Source: a virus (lineage: Duplodnaviria; Heunggongvirae; Uroviricota; Caudoviricetes). Taken from it: a DNA stretch of 5,172 nt. This document shows, piece by piece, positions 1 through 5,172 of this stretch. The translations under genes and the position numbers were made by a program. The stretch is from positions 1-5,172 of the IMG/VR virus record IMGVR_UViG_2681813314_000003; one strand, 5' to 3'. The notes under the pieces are model-generated. The model saw only the letters and a program-made list of their open reading frames with translations, did not search any database and was not told the DNA's origin. The stretch's first letter is position 1. Every line of letters begins with the position of its first letter.

Positions 1-1
1 T

Positions 2-124
2 GGTGACACGCTGACCATTAATGGTGAGACATTCTGGGTGGATCGTGTTTCTCCGGATGACGGGGGTAGCTGTTATCTCTGGCTCAACCGTGGGCAACCA
101 CCCGCAGTTAACCGGCGACGATAA
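2..124 (+). CDS. FII: 3' end of a head-tail joining / tail attachment protein (lambda FII-like); 5'-partial, runs off the window start
   Basis: Open frame from position 2 translating GDTLTINGETFWVDRVSPDDGGSCYLWLNRGQPPAVNRRR, stop TAA at 122-124; lies immediately upstream of Z as in lambda gene order; the C-terminal motif resembles lambda gpFII from memory (unverified). Confidence 0.55.
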   Translation, partial: GDTLTINGETFWVDRVSPDDGGSCYLWLNRGQPPAVNRRR

Positions 125-138
125 ACGCAGGGTGAATT

Positions 139-714
139 ATGGCGATAAAAGGGCTTGATCAGGCGATTGACAATCTGAGCCGGGTTCGTAAAAACGCCAT
201 TCCGGCTGCTTCTGCAATGACCATTAACCGCGTGGCCACAACGGCGATTAATCAGTCTTCGTCACAGGTTGCCCGGGAAACCAGGGTGAGACGGAAACTG
301 GTAAAGGAACGGTCCAGACTGAAACGGGCGACGGTCAGAAATCCGAATGCCAGAATTATCGTTAACCGCGGTGATCTCCCTGTGATTAAGCTGGGGATCA
401 GAATGCTGGGGCGTCGTCCGAACAGCATACTCAAAGCCGGTCAGCATCGTTATCAGCGGGCATTTATCCAGCGATTAAATAATGGGCGCTGGCATGTTAT
501 GCAACGTCTTCCCCAGGCCAGATATAAGGAGGGCAATGACGACAAGGGAAGGAAAAAGCGTAATCGCCTTCCCATTCAGGTGGTGAAAATCCCGATGGCG
601 GCCCCACTGAAACAGGCATTTGATGAGAATGTTGACCGTATCCGGCGTGAACGCCTGCCCGGAGAACTGGCATCCGCGCTGAAACAACAACTGAGGATTG
701 CGATAAAACGATGA
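139..714 (+). CDS. Z: Minor tail protein Z (tail completion protein), 191 aa, intact
   Basis: ATG at 139 preceded by a purine-rich stretch (cagggtga, 128-135); the translation (MAIKGL...RWHVMQR...VVKIPMA...RIAIKR) matches lambda gpZ as I recall it; stop TGA 712-714 overlaps the downstream ATG (ATGA), as for lambda Z/U. Confidence 0.85.
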   Translation: MAIKGLDQAIDNLSRVRKNAIPAASAMTINRVATTAINQSSSQVARETRVRRKLVKERSRLKRATVRNPNARIIVNRGDLPVIKLGIRMLGRRPNSILKAGQHRYQRAFIQRLNNGRWHVMQRLPQARYKEGNDDKGRKKRNRLPIQVVKIPMAAPLKQAFDENVDRIRRERLPGELASALKQQLRIAIKR

Positions 715-950
715 AACACACTGACATTCGTGCCGCAGTGCTGGATGCACTCGAGCAGCATGAACACGGGGCGACGCTGTTTGATGGTCGCCCCGTTGTT
801 TTTGACGAAGAGGATTTTCCTGCGATCGCGGTTTATCTGACGGATGCAGAGTATACCGGTGAAGAGCTGGATGCAGATACCTGGCGGGCCACAACAGCAT
901 ACTCAAAGCCGGTCAGCATCGTTATCAGCGGGCATTTATTCAGCGATTAA
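711..950 (+). pseudogene. Truncated U copy: first 61 codons of tail terminator U, then 18 out-of-frame codons read from the duplicated Z 3' segment before a stop
   Basis: ORF 711-950 translates [12 protein letters not shown]...DADTWRAT, identical to the N-terminus of the full U at 1141, then diverges (TAYSKPVSIVISGHLFSD*) exactly at the duplication junction 892/893. Confidence 0.7.
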
Positions 951-1143
951 AAAATGGTCGCTGGCATGTCATGCAGCGTGTGGCCGGGAAAAACCGTTAC
1001 CCCATTGATGTGGTGAAAATCCCGATGGCGGCCCCACTGAAACAGGCATTTGATGAGAATGTTGACCGTATCCGGCGTGAACGCCTGCCTAAAGAACTGG
1101 CATACGCGCTGAAACAACAACTGAGGATTGCGATAAAACGATG
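893..1143 (+). pseudogene. 3' fragment of Z (C-terminal ~83 codons) with no Z start codon; second copy from the tandem duplication
   Basis: In frame 2 it translates [83 protein letters not shown], homologous to Z residues from about 95 onward. The only in-frame ATG (971) would give a 57-aa peptide. The stop overlaps the U start at 1141 (ATGA). Confidence 0.65.
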
Positions 1144-1536
1144 AAACACACTGACATTCGTGCCGCAGTGCTGGATGCACTCGAGCAGCATGAACACGGG
1201 GCGACGCTGTTTGATGGTCGCCCCGTTGTTTTTGACGAAGAGGATTTTCCTGCGATCGCGGTTTATCTGACGGATGCAGAGTATACCGGTGAAGAGCTGG
1301 ATGCAGATACCTGGCGGGCCACGCTGCATATTGAGGTGTTTTTACCGGCACAGGTACCGGATTCAGAGCTTGATCAGTGGATGGAAAGCCGGATTTACCC
1401 GGCGATGACCGCGATCCCGGCACTGGCAGGACTGATTACCACGATGGTTACGCAGGGCTATGAGTATCGTCGTGATGACGATATGGCGTTATGGAGTTCT
1501 GCAGATCTGACTTATTCCATTACATACGAGATGTGA
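1141..1536 (+). CDS. U: Tail terminator protein U (tail tube terminator), 131 aa, intact
   Basis: ATG 1141 overlapping the upstream stop; translation [131 protein letters not shown] resembles lambda gpU; length and position match lambda U. Confidence 0.85.
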   Translation: MKHTDIRAAVLDALEQHEHGATLFDGRPVVFDEEDFPAIAVYLTDAEYTGEELDADTWRATLHIEVFLPAQVPDSELDQWMESRIYPAMTAIPALAGLITTMVTQGYEYRRDDDMALWSSADLTYSITYEM

Positions 1537-1543
1537 GGACGAT

Positions 1544-2296
1544 ATGGCAACACAAAATCCCCTTGAGCCGGTAAAAGGTGCCGGTACCACTCTGTGGGTT
1601 TACAACGGCAAGGCTGATGCTTATGCAAACCCGTTGTCAGACGATGGCTGGCAGCGACTGGCTAAGGTGAAGGATCTGACGCCGGGCGAGATGACGGCTG
1701 AACCCTACGATGATAACTACCTGGATGATGAAGACGCGGACTGGACCGCGACCGGGCAGGGACAGAAATCTGCAGGTGATACCAGTTTTACGCTGGCCTG
1801 GAAACCGGGAGATGAAGGCCAGAAAGGGCTTATAGGCTGGTTTGAAAGCGGCGATGTCCGGGCCTATAAAATCCGTTTTCCGAATGGCACGGTGGATGTG
1901 TTTCGTGGCTGGGTCAGCAGTATCGGTAAGGCCGTGACGGCGAAAGAAGTGATCACCCGCACGGTGAAAGTCACTAACGTGGGTAAACCTTCTGTAGCGG
2001 AAGAACGCAGCAAAATTACGCCGGTCAGTGCGATTAAGGTGACGCCTACATCCGGTACGGTGGCAAAAGGGAAAACAACCACCCTGACGGTTTCTTTTGA
2101 GCCGGAAAGTGCAACCGACAAGACGTTCAGAGCGGTTTCCGCCGATCCGTCGAAAGCCACCATTAGTGTGAAAGATATGACAATTACGGTAAACGGCGTG
2201 GCGACAGGTAAGGTGCAGATCCCTGTGGTGAGCGGAAATGGTCAGTTCGCCGCAGTGGCTGAAGTCACCGTTACTGAAGCGGGCGCTGCAGGGTAA
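1544..2296 (+). CDS. Major tail (tube) protein V paralog 1, 250 aa, variant allele with a divergent C-terminal Ig-like (Big_2-type) domain
   Basis: ATG 1544 with GAGG (1536-1539) upstream. The N-terminal ~150 aa are highly similar to V2 and lambda gpV (…[12 protein letters not shown]…[42 protein letters not shown]…). The C-terminal ~90 aa has the pattern of an Ig-like domain (…[44 protein letters not shown]…[21 protein letters not shown]…). Stop TAA 2294-2296. Confidence 0.8.
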   Translation: MATQNPLEPVKGAGTTLWVYNGKADAYANPLSDDGWQRLAKVKDLTPGEMTAEPYDDNYLDDEDADWTATGQGQKSAGDTSFTLAWKPGDEGQKGLIGWFESGDVRAYKIRFPNGTVDVFRGWVSSIGKAVTAKEVITRTVKVTNVGKPSVAEERSKITPVSAIKVTPTSGTVAKGKTTTLTVSFEPESATDKTFRAVSADPSKATISVKDMTITVNGVATGKVQIPVVSGNGQFAAVAEVTVTEAGAAG

Positions 2297-2304
2297 ACGG
2301 AGGT

Positions 2305-2419
2305 ACTGGCAGGACTGATTACCACGATGGTTACGCAGGGCTATGAGTATCGTCGTGATGACGATATGGCGTTATGGAGTTCTGCAGATCTGACTTATTC
2401 CATTACATACGAGATGTGA
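2305..2419 (+). pseudogene. Duplicated 3' fragment of U (last ~37 codons plus stop), located between V1 and V2
   Basis: 2305-2419 matches 1422-1536 and in frame encodes …[37 protein letters not shown] (the U C-terminus); no upstream start; it carries the same GAGG RBS context for the downstream V2 start. Confidence 0.7.
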
Positions 2420-2426
2420 GGACGAT

Positions 2427-3167
2427 ATGGCAACACCAAATCCCCTTGAGCCGGTAAAAGGTGCCGGTACCACTCTGTGGGTTTACAACGGCAAGGGTGA
2501 TGCTTATGCAAACCCGTTGTCAGACGATGACTGGCAGCGACTGGCTAAGGTGAAGGATCTGACGCCGGGCGAGATGACCGCTGAGTCCTATGACGACAGC
2601 TATCTCGATGATGAAGATGCAGACTGGACCGCGACCGGGCAGGGGCAGAAATCTGCCGGAGATACCAGCTTCACGCTGGCGTGGATGCCCGGAGAGCAGG
2701 GGCAGCAGGCGCTGCTGGCGTGGTTTAATGAAGGCGATACCCGTGCCTATAAAATCCGCTTCCCGAACGGCACGGTCGATGTGTTCCGTGGCTGGGTCAG
2801 CAGTATCGGTAAGGCGGTGACGGCGAAGGAAGTGATCACCCGCACGGTGAAAGTCACCAATGTGGGACGTCCGTCGATGGCAGAAGATCGCAGCACGGTA
2901 ACAGCGGCAACCGGCATGACCGTGACGCCAGCCAGCGCTTCCGTAGTGAAAGGGAAGAGCACCACGCTGACCGTGGCCTTCCAGCCGGAAGGCGCAACCG
3001 ACAAGAGCTTCCGTGCGGTGTCAGCGGATAAAACAAAAGCCACCGTGTCGGTCAGTGGTATGACCATCACCGTGAATGGCGTTGCTGCAGGTAAGGTCAA
3101 CATTCCGGTCGTATCCGGTAATGGTGAGTTTGCTGCGGTTGCAGAAATCACCGTCACCGCCAGTTAA
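2427..3167 (+). CDS. V: Major tail (tube) protein V paralog 2, 246 aa, lambda-like allele with C-terminal Ig-like domain
   Basis: ATG 2427 preceded by the same GAGG-containing spacer as V1; the translation closely resembles lambda gpV as recalled, including the 246-aa length and the C-terminus …[10 protein letters not shown]; followed 16 nt later by G, as in lambda. Confidence 0.85.
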   Translation: MATPNPLEPVKGAGTTLWVYNGKGDAYANPLSDDDWQRLAKVKDLTPGEMTAESYDDSYLDDEDADWTATGQGQKSAGDTSFTLAWMPGEQGQQALLAWFNEGDTRAYKIRFPNGTVDVFRGWVSSIGKAVTAKEVITRTVKVTNVGRPSMAEDRSTVTAATGMTVTPASASVVKGKSTTLTVAFQPEGATDKSFRAVSADKTKATVSVSGMTITVNGVAAGKVNIPVVSGNGEFAAVAEITVTAS

Positions 3168-3182
3168 TCCGGAGAGTCAGAG

Positions 3183-3605
3183 ATGTTCCTGAAAACCGAA
3201 TCATTTGAACATAACGGTGTGACCGTCACGCTTTCTGAACTGTCAGCCCTGCAGCGTATTGAGCATCTCGCCCTGATGAAACGGCAGGCAGAACAGGCGG
3301 AGTCAGACAGCAATCGGAAGTTTACTGTGGAAGACGCCATCAGAACCGGCGCGTTTCTGGTGGCGATGTCCCTGTGGCATAACCATCCGCAGAAGACGCA
3401 GATGCCGTCCATGAATGAAGCCGTTAAACAAATTGAGCAGGAAGTGCTTACCACCTGGCCCACGGAGGCAATTTCTCATGCTGAAAACGTGGTGTACCGG
3501 CTGTCCGGTATGTATGAGTTTGTGGTGAATAATGCCCCTGAACAGACAGAGGACGCCGGGCCTGCAGAGCCTGTTTCTGCGGGAAAGTGTTCGACGGTGA
3601 GCTGA
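3183..3605 (+). CDS. G: Tail assembly chaperone G, 140 aa
   Basis: ATG 3183 with GGAGAG (3171-3176) upstream; translation MFLKTESFEHNGVTVTLSELSALQRIEHLALMKRQAEQAE…PVSAGKCSTVS* resembles lambda gpG; the GGGAAAG slippery heptamer lies 6 codons before its stop. Confidence 0.85.
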   Translation: MFLKTESFEHNGVTVTLSELSALQRIEHLALMKRQAEQAESDSNRKFTVEDAIRTGAFLVAMSLWHNHPQKTQMPSMNEAVKQIEQEVLTTWPTEAISHAENVVYRLSGMYEFVVNNAPEQTEDAGPAEPVSAGKCSTVS

Positions 3606-4021
3606 GTTTTGCCCTGAAACTGGCGCGTGAGATGGGGCGACCCGACTGGCGTGCCATGCTTGCCGGGATGTCATCCACGGAGTATGCCGACTGGCACCGC
3701 TTTTACAGTACCCATTATTTTCATGATGTTCTGCTGGATATGCACTTTTCCGGGCTGACGTACACCGTGCTCAGCCTGTTTTTCAGCGATCCGGATATGC
3801 ATCCGCTGGATTTCAGTCTGCTTAACCGGCGCGAGGCTGACGAAGAGCCTGAAGATGATGTGCTGATGCAGAAAGCGGCAGGGCTTGCCGGAGGTGTCCG
3901 CTTTGGCCCGGACGGGAATGAAGTTATCCCCGCTTCCCCGGATGTGGCGGACATGACGGAGGATGACGTAATGCTGATGACAGTATCAGAAGGGATCGCA
4001 GGAGGAGTCCGGTATGGCTGA
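3183..4021 (+). CDS. GT: Tail assembly chaperone G-T fusion, made by -1 frameshift at 3581-3587 (G frame 3183-3587, then -1 frame to stop TGA 4019-4021)
   Basis: The -1 frame downstream of the slippery site translates …GKVFDGELSFALKLAREMGRPDWRAMLAGMSSTEYADWHRFYSTHYFHDVLLDMHFSGLTYTVLSLFFSDPDMHPLDFSLLNRREADEEPEDDV…GIAGGVRYG*; the conserved G-T arrangement sits directly upstream of the tape-measure gene. Confidence 0.8.
3581..3587 (+). promoter_or_regulatory. Programmed -1 ribosomal frameshift slippery heptamer G_GGA_AAG (G frame) for synthesis of the G-T fusion
   Basis: GGGAAAG at 3581-3587; codons GGA (3582-3584) and AAG (3585-3587) are in the G frame; the -1 frame is open from here to 4021 with no ATG-initiated gene of its own; this matches the known lambda G/GT recoding site. 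Confidence 0.8.
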
Positions 4022-5172
4022 ACCGGTAGGCGATCTGGTCGTTGATTTAAGTCTGGATGCGGCCAGATTTGACGAGCAGATGGCCAGAGTCAGGCGTCAT
4101 TTTTCCGGTACGGAAACTGATGCGAAAAAAACAGCGGCAGTCGTTGAACAGTCGCTGAGCCGACAGGCGCTGGCTGCACAGAAAGCGGGGATTTCCGTCG
4201 GGCAGTATAAAGCCGCCATGCGTATGCTGCCTGCACAGTTCACCGACGTGGCCACGCAGCTTGCAGGCGGGCAAAGCCCGTGGCTGATCCTGCTGCAACA
4301 GGGTGGTCAGGTTAAGGACTCCTTCGGCGGGATGATCCCCATGTTCCGGGGGCTTGCCGGTGCGATCACCCTGCCGATGGTCGGGGCCACCTCGCTGGCG
4401 GTGGCGACCGGTGCGCTGGCGTATGCCTGGTATCAGGGTAACTCAACCCTGTCCGATTTCAACAAAACGCTGGTCCTTTCCGGTAATCAGTCGGGTCTGA
4501 CGGCAGATCGTATGCTGGTCCTGTCCAGAGCCGGGCAGGCGGCAGGGCTGACGTTTAACCAGACCAGCGAGTCACTCAGTGCACTGGTTAAGGCGGGGGT
4601 AAGCGGTGAGGCTCAGATTGCGTCCATCAGCCAGAGTGTGGCGCGTTTCTCTTCTGCATCCGGTGTGGAGGTGGACAAGGTCGCTGAAGCCTTCGGGAAG
4701 CTGACCACTGACCCGACGTCGGGGCTGACGGCGATGGCGCGCCAGTTCCATAACGTGACGGCGGAGCAGATTGCGTATGTTGCTCAGTTGCAGCGTTCCG
4801 GCGATGAAGCCGGGGCATTGCAGGCGGCGAACGAAGCCGCAACGAAAGGGTTTGATGACCAGACCCGCCGCCTGAAAGAGAACATGGGCACGCTGGAGAC
4901 CTGGGCAGACAGGACAGCGCGGGCATTCAAATCCATGTGGGATGCGGTGCTGGATATTGGTCGTCCTGATACCGCGCAGGAGATGCTGATTAAGGCAGAG
5001 GCTGCGTTTAAGAAAGCAGACGACATCTGGAATCTGCGCAAGGATGACTATTTTGTTAACGATGAAGCGCGGGCGCGTTACTGGGATGATCGTGAAAAGA
5101 CCCGTCTTGCGCTTGAAGCCGCCCGAAAGAAGGCTGAGCAGCAGACTCAACAGGACAAAAATGCGCAGCAGC
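4014..5172 (+). CDS. H: Tail tape-measure protein H, 5' portion (386 codons); 3'-partial, runs off the window end
   Basis: ATG 4014 with AGGAGG (4000-4005) eight nt upstream, overlapping the T-frame stop (ATGGCTGA); translation MAEPVGDLVVDLSLDAARFDEQMARVRRHFSGTETDAKK…GGQSPWLILLQQGGQVKDSFGGMIPMF… strongly resembles the lambda gpH N-terminus; the frame is open to the end of the window. Confidence 0.9.
   Translation, partial: MAEPVGDLVVDLSLDAARFDEQMARVRRHFSGTETDAKKTAAVVEQSLSRQALAAQKAGISVGQYKAAMRMLPAQFTDVATQLAGGQSPWLILLQQGGQVKDSFGGMIPMFRGLAGAITLPMVGATSLAVATGALAYAWYQGNSTLSDFNKTLVLSGNQSGLTADRMLVLSRAGQAAGLTFNQTSESLSALVKAGVSGEAQIASISQSVARFSSASGVEVDKVAEAFGKLTTDPTSGLTAMARQFHNVTAEQIAYVAQLQRSGDEAGALQAANEAATKGFDDQTRRLKENMGTLETWADRTARAFKSMWDAVLDIGRPDTAQEMLIKAEAAFKKADDIWNLRKDDYFVNDEARARYWDDREKTRLALEAARKKAEQQTQQDKNAQQ

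Larger units (their letters stand above)
421..1322 (+). repeat. Tandem direct repeat, two units (421-892, 472 bp; 893-1322, 430 bp) covering the Z 3' part and U 5' part
   Basis: By direct reading, 711-892 is identical to 1141-1322 (182 nt). 586-710 versus 1016-1140 differ at about 4 positions. 421-507 versus 893-979 differ at about 5 positions. An internal diverged block is 508-579 (72 nt) in unit 1 versus 980-1009 (30 nt) in unit 2. Confidence 0.9.
1422..3175 (+). repeat. Tandem direct repeat, two units (1422-2304 and about 2305-3175), each holding the U 3' end, the intergenic RBS and a complete V gene; identity decays from near-identical at the 5' end to diverged at the 3' end
   Basis: 1422-1543 and 2305-2426 appear identical by eye. 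The first ~150 nt of V1 and V2 differ at only a few positions (e.g. acacaaaat/acaccaaat, gctgat/ggtgat, ggctgg/gactgg), after which synonymous and non-synonymous differences accumulate. Copy offset is 883 nt. Confidence 0.85.

Noticed and set aside
475-1423. Minus-strand ORFs 475-906 (143 aa) and 947-1423 (158 aa), plus other antisense ORFs at 252-447, 497-767 and 997-1329
   Set aside because: They lie antisense to the well-supported Z/U coding sequence, have no recognisable homology, and the two long ones are near mirror copies of each other purely because they fall in the duplicated segment.
1864-3157. Overlapping ORFs inside the V genes (1864-2163 -, 2590-2820 +, 2747-3157 -, 2854-3036 -)
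   Set aside because: Alternative-frame or antisense ORFs within the V coding sequences; low-complexity translations; no independent start or RBS support.
421-3175. Diversity-generating retroelement (template/variable repeat pair) as an explanation for the repeated, slightly different segments
   Set aside because: Differences between copies are not adenine-specific and include indels and synonymous third-position changes; no reverse transcriptase gene is present; the repeats are hundreds of bp long.
421-3175. CRISPR array or insertion sequence as an explanation for the direct repeats
   Set aside because: Only two long (430-883 bp) coding repeat units, with no short repeat-spacer periodicity, no terminal inverted repeats and no transposase ORF.
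3587-4021. ORF track entry 3587-4021 as an independent 144-aa gene starting with M
   Set aside because: The apparent start is a GTG that forms part of the slippery heptamer; this frame is better explained as the T portion of the G-T frameshift product than as a separately initiated gene.
3164-4298. Minus-strand ORFs overlapping G, T and the H start (3164-3463, 3303-3674, 3448-3678, 3721-3954, 4047-4298)
   Set aside because: Antisense to the conserved G, G-T and H frames; no supporting signals.
4572-5150. Minus-strand ORF of 192 aa, plus 4627-4926 and 4784-5041, inside the H region
   Set aside because: Antisense to the strongly supported tape-measure gene; Arg/Pro/Cys-rich composition typical of spurious reverse-frame ORFs in GC-rich coding DNA.

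Overview
The window is a lambda-like (lambdoid siphovirus or prophage) tail-morphogenesis module, entirely on the + strand: the 3' end of an FII-like gene, Z, U, V, G, the G-T frameshift product, and the 5' part of the tape-measure gene H. Protein identities come from my recollection of phage lambda tail proteins and gene order, not from any search. The colinear operon is interrupted by two tandem segmental duplications. The first (421-892 and 893-1322) repeats the 3' part of Z plus the 5' part of U, leaving a truncated U fragment and a start-less Z fragment between intact Z and intact U. The second (1422-2304 and about 2305-3175) repeats the 3' end of U plus the whole V gene, giving two intact but divergent major-tail-protein genes (V1 250 aa, V2 246 aa) separated by a 115-bp copy of the U 3' end. 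In both cases the repeat copies are mosaic, with near-identical blocks next to clearly diverged blocks, so they look like different alleles joined by recombination rather than a fresh in-situ duplication; an assembly chimera of two co-resident lambdoid prophages is an equally live alternative. The GGGAAAG slippery site for the G-T -1 frameshift and overlapping stop/start codons are present as expected. I see no RNA genes, CRISPR array, transposase or integrase.
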